Assembly: GCA_963749495.1 (NCBI GenBank)
Contig: CAVVMW010000018.1
Coordinates: forward strand, 62,240 to 126,239
Length of the DNA stretch: 64,000 nucleotides
Reading direction: 5' to 3'
Origin: an uncultured bacterium
GTDB lineage: Bacteria > Verrucomicrobiota > Verrucomicrobiia > Limisphaerales > UBA8199
Shown piece after piece: positions 48,476 to 59,636 of this stretch. Position 1 is the stretch's first letter. Every line of letters starts with the position of its first letter. The translations under genes were made by a program, and so were the position numbers. The notes beneath the pieces are model-generated. The model was given only the letters and a program-made list of their open reading frames with translations, did no database searches and was not told the DNA's origin.

Positions 48476-48672
48476 GCGTCGCGGAGCAACGCAGTGAAGG
48501 TAGCCGTGGACCTCGGTCCACGGTTTGCGGCGTGGGAACGGACCCGCGTCGCGTAGCGACGGCTGACGGCCTCGCGGTTTTCAGGCGTCGCTCCGCGACG
48601 CGGTCGTGCTTGGGCCATGGGTCCGTGGACTGGAAGTCCACGGCTACCATCGGGCACCGCTACGCGGTGAGC
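48476..48672. repeat. Family-6 foldback repeat
   Basis: GCGTCGCGGAGCAACGCAGTGAAGGTAGCCGTGGACCTCGGTCCACGG...GTGGACTGGAAGTCCACGGCTACCATCGGGCACCGCTACGCGGTGA. Confidence 0.9.
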
Positions 48673-48796
48673 CGGACGCGGTCATGACCTGGGCCGTTGG
48701 CCCGGGCATGGGCCGCGCCGTTGGCGCTCCAGGCCATCAATCCATCAATCCATCAATCCATCAATCCCCCCCCGAAGGGTTCTTGCGCCCAGCAAC

Positions 48797-50477
48797 TCAC
48801 TGGGCGGGCTTTTCGAATTTGGCCGGGCCGAGGGTGAGGGTGCCTTGGAAGAGGGCGGGGGCGTTGGTGACGATGCCGGCGCCCAGCAGGGTGGCCGTGG
48901 CGGCGGCGCTGGGCCAGGAGATGGCGGCCAGGGCCTGGGAGTCCAGGGAGAGCAAATCGGAAGTCAGCACCAGGCGCTCGAGGGCGTACTGAGTGCGCGC
49001 GGCGGGCGCGGAATTCGGGACGGATGCCAGAACGCTGTTGGTGAACCAACTGCTGATATCCGTATCGCGGTTGGTCCCGTTGAGCATGTCGCGGACCACG
49101 AATCGCGAGGCGCCCGTGTTTGAAGGAGTGACCAGGAGGAGTTTTGCTGCCGAGGAGAAGCCGCCATTGGGCGCCGCTTGCGCCAGGGCTTTGAGGATGT
49201 CCTTGTTGGCAAGGGCTGCTCGGAAGACGGTCGAGCCGGCGGCATTGGCCGGGCCTTGGATAGTGGCCGTGAGAGTGAGCAGCACGCTCTGGACGGCGTT
49301 GGAGAAACCGCCGTTGATGCTCCAGGCTCAGCTTCTGGGTCAACAGGCCCGCAGGGTCGGTGCGCACAAGGCTGGTGCGGTCCTGGACCAGAGCGCTGAT
49401 GAAATGGCCGCCGGGGCCGAGTCCCGGCGGCAGGCCCAGGGAAAGGTTGGTGGCCCCGCTCACTGGCTGGCCGTCGGCCAGCCACTGCACGCTCAGGTCG
49501 TGAGTGGCAGGCTGCAGCAGGTCCAGGCTGAAGTCCGCCCCCTGGCCGGCAGGCACCGTCAGGCTCAGGCCTCCAGGGCTGAAACCGTCCACTGGCCGGA
49601 CGCTCTGGTAAATCGCGCGCACCAGGGCCTGGCTGCAGACCTCGCAGAAGGGCGAACCGAAACTGCCCATCATGCAATTGAGCTTGGGACGATACCAGCC
49701 GTTGGTGTGATAATGGGCGCCCTGGAACAACCCGACTACCTCGGCGTAGTCGGAGCTCAGCGGCGTGGGCAGCGGGGTGCCGGGCGCTATCCAGACACTC
49801 CATTTGATATAGCCTGGCCGCGTCTCGCGCGTGGTGTTGGGCTCCTCGGTATCGGGAAAACCGGGCCTGGCGGTGGTGTATTCATCGCCCAGGTTGGCCA
49901 GCACGTGGCCCGTCTCGTGGGTGAGAATGATCAGGGCTTCGTCCGGAACCACGCCGGCCGAAGTCGAGGCAAGGGCGGTCTTGTCGAATCCGTCCGAGCC
50001 TCCGGGGACGGAGTCGTTTACCAGGAGAATGGGCAGGCGGCAGCGGGGCAGGAGGGCCTTGAGCAGCGCGTCCACCTTGGCCTGGCCGGCCGGCGGCATC
50101 GTGATGAGACGGTCGTCGAGGTCGTACGTGCTGCCGAAGTAAGTGTTCCTCTTGATCCCGGAATTGAGGTGAGTCGAGCCGGCTTGAGGCGAGGCAACGA
50201 AGATGGCGAAGGCGTTGAAATAGCCGCTGTATTCCCGGTAGGGCGGCCAGGAGAGCAGGGCGGTGACCGAGTTGGTCGCAGCCGCCAGGAACAGGCCCGA
50301 TTGATTGCTGGTGTAGCCCTCGGAGAGCAGCACCATGTTCAGCCGGTTGGACACCGGGCCGTTGATCAGAATCGTGCTCAACAGGGGCTGGCCATCCGCG
50401 CGCAGGCCGCCCGCAGCCAGCACGCCCAATCCCAATGCCGCGATAATGCCGAGCAGCCCGCGCCGGTGACCCCTCAC
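48797..50477 (-). CDS. M64-family (IgA-peptidase-like) zinc metallopeptidase with an apparent frameshift near 49310; start uncertain
   Basis: Has LTHETGHVLANLGDEY. The C-terminal domain (WSINGGFSNAVQSVLLTLTATIQG...) is in the frame of ORF 48797-49285. The candidate GTG start at 50477 lies inside a family-1 repeat and precedes the signal peptide RRGLLGIIAALGLGVLAAGG. Confidence 0.7.
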
Positions 50478-50595
50478 CCCGGCCCTCTCCCCATCTGATG
50501 GGGAGAGGGAGATGCTACGGACGCCCTCGGGAACATCGGACGCCGAAACGCTACCCCCTCTCCCCGTCCGACGGGGAGAGGGCTGGGGTGAGGGG
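50470..50595. repeat. Family-1 inverted pair (about 126 bp)
   Basis: CCCCTCACCCCGGCCCTCTCCCCATCTGATGGGGAGAGGG at 50470-50509 and CCCTCTCCCCGTCCGACGGGGAGAGGGCTGGGGTGAGGGG at 50556-50595. Confidence 0.9.
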
Positions 50596-50633
50596 CTTTC
50601 CGGTGATAGTCTCATCTTGAAAGTCAAATCGGG

Positions 50634-53544
50634 TCATTCGAAGCTCAGCCGGTAAAAGCGGCTAGCCGGGGGATTGGTGAGACTGAGCACCCACCAGTTG
50701 TTGGTGGTCAGGACCGGCGTTGAGGCCAAGGTGGTCCACTGGGCCGGGGGTGCGAGGCTGGGCGTTTCCTTGAGCGTCAGGGGTGCGCTATTGGTCCAGG
50801 AGAGCAGGACCAACTGCCGGCCCAGATGCGCGCCGGCCGCGCCATAAGAACGAGGTCATGCTCAGCGCCGGCACTGCCTGCACCGGCACGGCCAGGGAGA
50901 ATTCGGAGGTATTGCCCTGGGCATCGGTGGCCGTGGCGGTGATGACGCTGACCGCCGGCACCGGGTTGGTGAGAAAGGCCAGGAAACTGCCGTTGCAGTC
51001 CGCGCCGGTGGATACCGTCTTTTCGCCCAGATAGACCTGTCCCTCGCCATGATCCTGGCCGATGATCAGGTCGGGCATCGGCTCAGCAAAGAACTGGACA
51101 CGGCAGAGGCCGTTGGGGCGGGTGTTGAGCGTGCCGCTGACGCCGGTGCCGTTTGGCCCCGCCACCGCGTTGGAGAGCACGGGGTAATTCTGCCCGAGAT
51201 TGGCGGCCCCGGCCCCGACCCCCGCATCGCAGGGCAGATTAGCCCACACGCCGTATTGGCCGAGGTTGATGCCCAGGGCGCCATTGGCGAAGATCGCGTT
51301 GCCCAGGATGGAATCGCAAGCGGCGCCGTCGCGGATGCGGACCCCCGCGAAATCCCCATGGGCGTAAGCGATGCGGTTGCCCGCGTTGGCATCGCCGCCG
51401 ATCAGGTTGTAATTGGCCCCGGCCTCGCACTCGACGCCGTGAAAGATGTTGCACAGGTTGGCCACCCCGTCGCTCTTGGTGCCAATCCAGTTGCCCTGGA
51501 TGACATTCCAGCAGGAATTGGTCATGTAGATGCCGTCGCCGTTGGCATAAGAAGCGCCGTTGCCGGAGATTAGATTGCCCGCGCCCGGCGCCGCGCCCCC
51601 GATGACATTGGTGGAGGCGCTCTCGATGTAGATGCCGTCGTAGAAGTTGCCCAGCCGGGCCGTGCCGGTGAGGTCGGTGCCGATCTTGTTGCCCTGGATG
51701 AGAGTGCCGCTGGAGCCGCTGCCGACGATGGAAATGCCCGTGTAGCTATTGGCTGAAATGAGGTTGCCGGCCCCCGGGGTTGCGCCGCCAATCCTGTTGC
51801 CCGGAGCATCGGAGAGGAAGAGCCCGGACGCGCCGTAGGGGGCGGCGAGGCCGTTGGGCAGGGGGGCCGTGCCGCTGGAATCGGTCCCGATGAGATTGCC
51901 GGCCACCACGTTGCCCGTGGCGGTGGCGCCGTCCAGTTGGAGGCCGTCCAACCCGTTGCCGGAGATCACGTTGCGCGCCCCGGTGAGGGCCCCGCCGATC
52001 GTGTTGCCTGGGGATTGGATGTACACGCCCGCCATGCCATTGGTCAACGAGGTCTGGCCGCCGGCATCGGTGCCGATCCAATTGCCCTGCACCAGGTTGG
52101 CCGTGGTTCCGGAGATGAGCGCGACCCCGTGGCCGCGGTTGCCTGAAATCACGTTGCCCGCCCCGGTGAGCGTCCCCCCAACCGCGTTGGAAAGTCCGCC
52201 GGAAATGGTGACTCCACTATAGGCATTGCCCAGGGTGCCTGCGCCAGTTCCGTCCACTCCGATGCGGTTGCCCTGCACCAGGTTGCCCACGCCGTTGGTG
52301 ATGAAGATGCCGTCCTGTTGGTTGCCCAAAATCAGGTTGGCCGCCCCGGGCACAGTCCCCCCGATGAGGTTGGCGTTCGCGTTTTCGATGGTTATGCCTG
52401 CGTAGCTGTTGCCCAGGGCCTGCCGTCCCGAGGGCCTGGCGCCAATGCTGTTGCCCTGCACCACGTTGTTGGTCGCGCCGGCACCGTCGACGAGGATTCC
52501 TGCATGGCTATTGGCCAGGATCACGTTGCCCGCCCTGGCACCGGTGCCCCCAATGAGGTTCGAGGCCGCCTCGACAATCGAGATGCCGTCCCCGGCGTTG
52601 CTCAAGCTCATGCTCCCGGTCACGTCGGTGCCGATGTAATTGCCCTGCACCACATTGCCGTTGGCGCCCGGACCCTGGAGCAGCACGCCGCTGCCGCCGT
52701 TGCCGGCGAGGATGTTCGTTGCACCGGGCGTCGCGCCGCCTATGAGGTTGCCCGACGAGTTCAACACCAGCACGCCGTTATTGGCGTTGCCGAGCCGCGT
52801 ACGGCCGTTGGCAGTCGTGCCGATGAAATTGCCCAGCACTGCGTTGCTCGGGGCGGAGTAGAGATAGACGCCGCAATCGGAGCTGGCAGAGATCACATTG
52901 CGGTCCGCGGCATTGGTCCCGCCTATCACATTGCCCTGGGACGAATAGACGTAGATCCCCTCCCCGCCGTTGGCCCGGCTGAGGGTGCCGCTCACATCCA
53001 GGCCGATGAAATTGCCCCGGATCCAGTGGTTGCCCAGGCCCTCGATCCGCACCCCGCCCCCGGCAAACCGGTTGATGACCAGCCCGCAGACCACACAGTT
53101 GCTCGAGAGCAAATGCAGACCGTTGCCGCCCCCCGCGCTCGCCCCGTCCAGCTCGATCAATGGAGAGCCGGCGAACCCCGGCTGGGTCGTGCCGTCAATC
53201 ACCACCGGGTCCGTGACTGCTGGCAGGGCCGAATGGGGGAGGATCGTGTGAGTGGCCTTGCCCGGTATTCGGAAGATGATCTTGTCCAGCCCATTGCTCG
53301 AGTTGGCATTGAGCATCGCCTCGCGCAATGAACCCACCCCGCTGTTGAGCGTGTTCGAGACCACGAACGTCGCCGCCTCGCTCCTGAGCCCCGCGCCAGC
53401 CGCCGCCAACACCAACCCCAGCCACGCCCCAGCCCAGCGGCGCCCGAGGCCAGCCTGGGCCCGGAGACGCGAAATGCCCGGAATAGTCTCTTCCCTCCGG
53501 CCGCCTTCGCCACCGCTTGTCATATCCGGCATAAGTGCAGACAT
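50634..53544 (-). CDS. Right-handed parallel beta-helix repeat protein with an N-terminal CSLREA-like motif; apparent frameshift near 50830
   Basis: GSLREAMLNAN, then dozens of G-N-x-I-x-G-N repeats. The C-terminal HLGRQLVLLSWTNSAPLTLKETPSLAPPAQWTTL...ASRFYRLSFE is open in another frame down to the TGA at 50634. Confidence 0.75.
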
Positions 53545-53802
53545 CGCCCCCTGTGATGCCCTAAATCCGCGTCAATTGCAATGTGATAATGGGCGGGAAC
53601 CGAGGGCCGAGGGGCGAGGGTCGAGGGAAGGGACCTCCGCCCCTCGCCCCTCGCCCCTCGGCCCCCGGTGTGCGGTCACTTCTGAACCGAGGTCTGAGTT
53701 TGCCAGCCGCTCTTGGCCAGAGGGCCTCCTGCCATGATTTTGCCAAAAATGATTTTGCAGAGAATGATTCTGCAAAAATGATTCTGCCTTCCTCCGGCGC
53801 GC

Positions 53803-55929
53803 TCAGCGCCCCAGGGCCACCTCTTGCTCGGCATCCCGGTCGACTGGCAGCTCGAGCGTCTCATTTCGGGCGGCAAGCCCCTCGAGGTGGAGGAGGACCC
53901 TGTTGGGGCGGCTGCCCTTGAGCTGGGCCAGCCTGACGCGGGCACTCCGCCCATCGTCCGAAACGCGGACCTCCAGGCGCAACGGGCCGAACGGGGTCAG
54001 GACGCCGTTGAGGCGGGTGATGCTCCCCGGGCGGGCCCATTGCGAGGGGAACCCCTCCAGCAGGTGCAGTTCCCTGCCGCGGTCCAACTCCAGCAGGTGC
54101 GCCGTCAGGCGGACGAATTCGGCGCTGGCCCAATTGTGGGGCATGTCGCCCACTTCCTCATTGCCCTTGCCCGAGGGTTTCTGCTCCTCGCGCCAGACCC
54201 GGGTGGGGCTGGCGTGCTGGGCGAAGGCGTAGAGCACCTCGGCGGCCTCGCGGCCCTGGCCCTGCCAGAGCAAGGCATGGCCGTAAAAGGAAGCGAAGTA
54301 AGTCCAGATGCCGTCCCGCATCCAGCCCGTGTCGAAGACCATCCCCTCGACTTTGGTGGCCCCGAGCATCGCCAACTGGCCCGCGACCAGCGGGTCGTCC
54401 TGGGCAAACACCTGGCCCGGGTACACCGCATGGCAAAAGGCCCACTGGCCCCGCGCGGGCACATGCCCATCGAGATTGCCCATCATCGTCGGCAGGTAGG
54501 CATGGCCGAACCTGTCCTTGAGCAGGTCCCGCGCGGCCGCTTTGCGGAAGGCGGCGTTGAAATCGTCGAACTCCTCTTGCCATGCGCGGGCATCGGCGTC
54601 GTTCCCCAGCCAGCGCGCCGCGGCGATCGCCGCCTTGAGGCCCGCCAGGCACCAGCACGTGTTCGAGTACTCCGGCTTGTCGGTCGTGCCGATGCCGCCA
54701 TCGACGAAGCCCCCGGGCAGCAAGCGGTAATTGAGGGCTTGCGGGTCCGACGAGGCGCGCGCCCTCAGGTTCTGTATCGCCTTGACCACGCGCTGGAGGG
54801 CGGGCCAGCGCGCCCGCAGCCACTCCTTGTCCTGCGTCAACTGGGCATGCCGCACCGCCGCCCACAATACGATCCCGTTCTCTTTCCAGTACCTCCCCAG
54901 CAGCTCGAAGCTGCCGTCGGGCTTTTGGTGGCTCAGAAGGTACTCGATCCCGGCCCGGGCATCCTGGCCCCGGCCCAGCAACGCCGCCGTCTCCAGCAGA
55001 AACGAGCCGTCCACCACCCACAACCCGCGATAAACGGTCGGCCCGACATGGAACGCCGGCTGGCCCTGCTTGATCTCGCGCGCCTGCCAGATGTTGCGCA
55101 CGCACGATTCGAGCATGGCCTGGATGTCGGCGTCCGGCACCTGGATAGTGGCGAAGGGCAGGTCCGCCTGCTCCCACCATTGGCGGGCGGCGTCGCGCGC
55201 CTGGCGGGCCTGCTCGACGCTCAGCGCCCGCGCAGCTTTGGCGCCGTGCCGGCAGACCGTGAAGGCTGCCTGGCGGACCGCACCCGGCTCCATCTCCACC
55301 GCGGGCAGGCGCACCAGGGACTCCCTGGCGCCGTTGGTGCTGCACGACTCGATGCGCTCAGACGCCGCGATGCGCGTTCCTTGCCCCGCCTCGATTTCCT
55401 GGTCGTTTTCGTTGAAAACCACCGGCCCCGGGGTCTGGATGCGCAGGAGCGGCTGGCGGGTGGCGTTCTTGGCCGTGTTGTTGTGGAGCGTCACCAGGAT
55501 GACGGCTTGGCGTTCCGGCAGGCCCCCGCCGGCATTGGTTGCCGTCACGACGAAGGCCTCTTCCAATACCTCGACGCCTTGGGCGTCCTTCCGGGTCTGG
55601 ACAATCGGCGCCCGCGCCGAGGCGGTCTGCTGCCGCAACCAGCGCGCGCCGCCCGCTATCTCGGGCTGGGTGCAGATGCCGAAATTGCGCGCCCCGCCGC
55701 CCCCAAAATCCAGCAGCAGTTGGCCCTCCTTGCCCACCAGCATCTTGTCCGGGTCATCCGGCAGGCAGATGGCCGTCTGCCACCACGCGGGCGCGCAACG
55801 AAAATCCGCCCGCATCGGTTCCGCGACCCCTCCGGCGGCTGCCAGCGCCATGAGCAGCGCGGCCGCGGGGCCAAGGCGAAGGTGAGGGCCGCGCACAGGG
55901 GGCGAGGGGCGAGGGGCGAGGGTGTTCAT
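53803..55929 (-). CDS. Secreted hypothetical protein, (alpha/alpha)6-barrel glycosidase-like
   Basis: 708-aa ORF with a signal peptide. Helical-repeat composition (LLSHQKPDGSF, WCLAGLKAAIAAARWLG). Family not identified. Confidence 0.65.
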   Translation of the reverse strand: MNTLAPRPSPPVRGPHLRLGPAAALLMALAAAGGVAEPMRADFRCAPAWWQTAICLPDDPDKMLVGKEGQLLLDFGGGGARNFGICTQPEIAGGARWLRQQTASARAPIVQTRKDAQGVEVLEEAFVVTATNAGGGLPERQAVILVTLHNNTAKNATRQPLLRIQTPGPVVFNENDQEIEAGQGTRIAASERIESCSTNGARESLVRLPAVEMEPGAVRQAAFTVCRHGAKAARALSVEQARQARDAARQWWEQADLPFATIQVPDADIQAMLESCVRNIWQAREIKQGQPAFHVGPTVYRGLWVVDGSFLLETAALLGRGQDARAGIEYLLSHQKPDGSFELLGRYWKENGIVLWAAVRHAQLTQDKEWLRARWPALQRVVKAIQNLRARASSDPQALNYRLLPGGFVDGGIGTTDKPEYSNTCWCLAGLKAAIAAARWLGNDADARAWQEEFDDFNAAFRKAAARDLLKDRFGHAYLPTMMGNLDGHVPARGQWAFCHAVYPGQVFAQDDPLVAGQLAMLGATKVEGMVFDTGWMRDGIWTYFASFYGHALLWQGQGREAAEVLYAFAQHASPTRVWREEQKPSGKGNEEVGDMPHNWASAEFVRLTAHLLELDRGRELHLLEGFPSQWARPGSITRLNGVLTPFGPLRLEVRVSDDGRSARVRLAQLKGSRPNRVLLHLEGLAARNETLELPVDRDAEQEVALGR

Positions 55930-56026
55930 AGGCTGGGCTGGTTCTTTTCTGCGCGTCTATAGTCGAAATGCGACCGGGAGGCGAGTCAAAAAGGGCGGAG
56001 GGCGAGGCAAGGGCGCGTCCCTGCCC

Positions 56027-56417
56027 CGGAGTGCGCCCGTCCCCGGGCGCAGCAGCGATGGAGCGGGCAGGCGCGCAGGTGTGTTTGACCGCTGCCCAGG
56101 TGCGATTAAAAGCGTGGGGCATGCGCCTCGGGAGTTTTGTCCCGGAGGGACACCTGACAATAGCCCGGCGTTTCAACGCCGGGGAGGCCACAAAAGGGAC
56201 CCTCGTCCCGAACGGACGAGTGACAACACTCCTGGCTTTCAGCCGTCCCTTCGGGACGGACCTGCTTTTTGGGGCCGCTCACCCGGCGTTGAAACGCCGG
56301 GCTATTGTCGGAAGCCCCTTCGGGGCAAAAAGGCGGCCTTGGCTGGCCGACAGTTTTAACAGCACCCCCGCTGCCGTGGCTCCGGACGTCGCTGCGCCCG
56401 GGGACGGGCGCACTCCG
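56027..56417. repeat. Family-4 foldback repeat split by a family-3 MITE
   Basis: The left part 56027-56098 and right part 56367-56417 together match the intact copy at 57790-57897. Confidence 0.9.
56099..56366 (-). repeat. Family-3 MITE-like element nested in a family-4 repeat
   Basis: GGTGCGATTAAAAGCG...CAGTTTTAACAGCACC, flanked by CCGCTGCC at 56089-56096 and 56368-56375. Confidence 0.9.
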
Positions 56418-56599
56418 GTCCGGCCCCCGGCGTTGGGGGCGGTGTCGGGATGCGCCCCCCCTGTGCATTGAAACGCACAGTTTGCAACCCCCGGGGGGAA
56501 GCGAAGGGTGCGTAATGAAGCCCTGTGAAACAGCCATTCATTCATCGGACCGCGATCGACCCTCGATCCCCAGGCTTGACAAAACAGCGGGCCAAACGA

Positions 56600-56627
56600 T
56601 TGACTCCATCCGCGCAACAGATACAAT
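56600..56627 (+). promoter_or_regulatory. Sigma70-like promoter (TTGACT-16-TACAAT), 7 nt before the start codon
   Basis: TTGACT at 56600-56605, TACAAT at 56622-56627, GTG at 56635. Duplicated at 58082-58109. Confidence 0.5.
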
Positions 56628-56634
56628 CCCAGTT

Positions 56635-57384
56635 GTGAAAACGAACCCAAGATCTCCAGACCAGCCCCTGGCCTTTACGCTGATCGAGCTTCTGGTGGTG
56701 ATCGCCATCATCGCCATCCTCGCAGCGATGCTGCTGCCCGCCTTGGCGAGCGCCAAGGAAAAAGCGCAGCGTATGCAGTGCGTCAACAACAACAAGGAAT
56801 TGGGGTTGGCGGTAACCATGTACGCGACCGACAGCAGAGATATTCTCCCTTACCCGAATTGGAACCCGCCCTGGTATGCGGGCTGGCTTTACGCGCCTTA
56901 TGCGGGAAGCGTCCCTGACCCCACCCACAGCCCCTTCAATACGAACTCAACGTCGGCATACGGCAGCGGACAGATCTGGCAGTACCTCAAGAACATCGGA
57001 GTCTACCGGTGCCCCCTGGACAAGACCAACGCGCCGGACTGGAAGGTGCGGGCCAACAAACTGTCCACGTACGTCATGAATGGCGCGGTGTGCGCTTACG
57101 GCAATTTCGCTCCCCGAAGTTATAAGCTTTCCGACTTTAAGGCCACCGACTACATGATGTGGGAACCGGACGCGGACTTGATGGGGAACAACTACAATGA
57201 CGGCAGCAGCTACCCGGACGCGAATGAAGGCTTGGGCCACCGCCATGGCAAGATCGGAGGCATCGTCCTCGCCTTTGGATCGCATGTCCTATTCGTCCAA
57301 TACGCCAAATGGGCGAAGCTCAGCGCGAGCCCAACCAGAAACGAACTGTGGTGTAGTCCCGGCAACCCCCAAACGGGCCGTTAG
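56635..57384 (+). CDS. Prepilin-type N-terminal methylation domain protein (pseudopilin paralog 1)
   Basis: [37 protein letters not shown]. Ends at an in-frame TAG, followed by 31 more codons homologous to the paralog 2 tail. Confidence 0.8.
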   Translation: MKTNPRSPDQPLAFTLIELLVVIAIIAILAAMLLPALASAKEKAQRMQCVNNNKELGLAVTMYATDSRDILPYPNWNPPWYAGWLYAPYAGSVPDPTHSPFNTNSTSAYGSGQIWQYLKNIGVYRCPLDKTNAPDWKVRANKLSTYVMNGAVCAYGNFAPRSYKLSDFKATDYMMWEPDADLMGNNYNDGSSYPDANEGLGHRHGKIGGIVLAFGSHVLFVQYAKWAKLSASPTRNELWCSPGNPQTGR

Positions 57385-57488
57385 TTCCGGCGGGAGGCCG
57401 ATTCCACGGGCACGGGGCCGGGAGGAAGGAACCTTTTTTGGTGGGTCCCTGACAGTCAAGGCTCGCCACCAGGGCATTGAGAAATGGG

Positions 57489-57851
57489 ATGCACCGCAAA
57501 CCCGCCATGCCCGCTCAGAAGCCCTTGCGCACCAGCCTTGTTTCTGCCAAGAGATGGCTCGATTGGACAGCCGTCTTCTGCCTGCTCCTCCTCATCGCCT
57601 GCACCCTGGCGGGCTGCAAGAAGCCCGTCGCGGGCACTAACGCCCACTCGAGGCTCCTTCAGTCGGCCGCCCCCAGATCAAGTCCGCAAACGTTGTCGCG
57701 GAACCCGAGCTGCGGGTCGAGTGCCGACTCGCGCTTTCCGACCCGTCCGACCGGTCCCCACCCCCCCTGGCGTATCGCGACACTGCCCGCGGAGTGCGCC
57801 CGTCCCCGGGCGCAGCAGCGACGGAGCGGGCAGGCGCGCCGCAGTACTTGA
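57489..57851 (+). pseudogene. Small lipoprotein paralog, 5' fragment only
   Basis: KRWLDWTAVFCLLLLIACTLAGCKKPVAGTNAHSRLLQSAAP matches 59637-60029 up to about 57685. The ORF then runs into unrelated sequence and a family-4 repeat. Confidence 0.6.
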
Positions 57852-57897
57852 CCGCTGCCCTGGCTGCGGACGTTGCTGCGCCCGAGCACGGGCGCAC
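57790..57897. repeat. Family-4 foldback repeat (intact)
   Basis: GGAGTGCGCCCGTCCCCGGGCGCAGCAGCGACGGAGCGGGCAGGCGCGCC...GCTGCGCCCGAGCACGGGCGCACC. Confidence 0.9.
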
Positions 57898-58081
57898 CCC
57901 CATCTCGCCGCAGCCGGTGGGGGCGGTGTCGGGATACGCCCCCCCCTGTGCGCTGAAACGCACAGTTTACAACTCCTGGGGGGAAGCGTAGGATGCGTAC
58001 GTAAGCCCTGTGAAACAGCCATTCATTTATCGGACCGGGATGGACCGTCAATCCAGGCTTGACAAAACCGCGCGCAAACGA

Positions 58082-58109
58082 TTGACTCCACCCGCGCAAC
58101 AGATACAAT
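58082..58109 (+). promoter_or_regulatory. Sigma70-like promoter (TTGACT-16-TACAAT), 7 nt before the ATG
   Basis: TTGACT at 58082-58087, TACAAT at 58104-58109, ATG at 58117. Confidence 0.5.
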
Positions 58110-58116
58110 CCCAGCT

Positions 58117-58962
<846 letters not shown>

Positions 58963-59120
58963 GCGGCGAGTTGCTCCGCGGCGATGCAAACCAACGGTTA
59001 TGTCGCCGCCTATATGGGCTTCTCGCAATTGCGCGCCCAACCGGGCCTCGGGTGGCGGCCCTTAGGCGCCGGCGGGTCTGTCGCGCGCTGTCATCCGTTG
59101 TTGGATCATAAGCGATATTG

Positions 59121-59561
59121 ATGAAATCTGTGCCGATTTTCAAGCCGGTTCGGGGCGGGCAAAGCCGGGCTCGCTGTTTCACGGCTTGGGGCCTGGACCC
59201 CTGGGCCAGGGCAACGGCGGTCCTCGTCCTTCTGGTGGCGCTTGGGTTCGCCGTTGCCGGCTGCAAGGGATCTGGAGAGGGGGGGGCCGGCTCCAAGGCC
59301 TTTGAATCAGCCGCGCCCGAGGCCAAGGCGGCGTGGGATGGCGCGGTGGCCGCCAGCCGGTCGAACGATTATGCAGCCGCTTTCCTGACGCTCAGAGAGT
59401 TGCGCGCCCAACCTGGCCTCACGCCGGCACAGACTCAAGCCGTTGAGGCCCAGTCCACGCTGATCAACCAGCGAATGGCGGCGGCGGCGGAGAAGGGCGA
59501 TTCCAACGCGCTCCAGGCGATCCGGGACATACGGGCAGTATCGCGAAGGGGACGCCCGTGA
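59121..59561 (+). CDS. Small lipoprotein (paralog family)
   Basis: Lipobox LGFAVAGC. ESAAPEAKAAWDGAVAASRSNDYAAAFLTLRELRAQPGLTPAQ is shared with 59637-60029. Confidence 0.7.
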   Translation: MKSVPIFKPVRGGQSRARCFTAWGLDPWARATAVLVLLVALGFAVAGCKGSGEGGAGSKAFESAAPEAKAAWDGAVAASRSNDYAAAFLTLRELRAQPGLTPAQTQAVEAQSTLINQRMAAAAEKGDSNALQAIRDIRAVSRRGRP

Positions 59562-59636
59562 GCGGGCAGGTCTGCTCGAAACGCTTGAGCTGGTTTGGCC
59601 AGACGTGTAACTGGCCGCTCGGACATTCGGACAATC

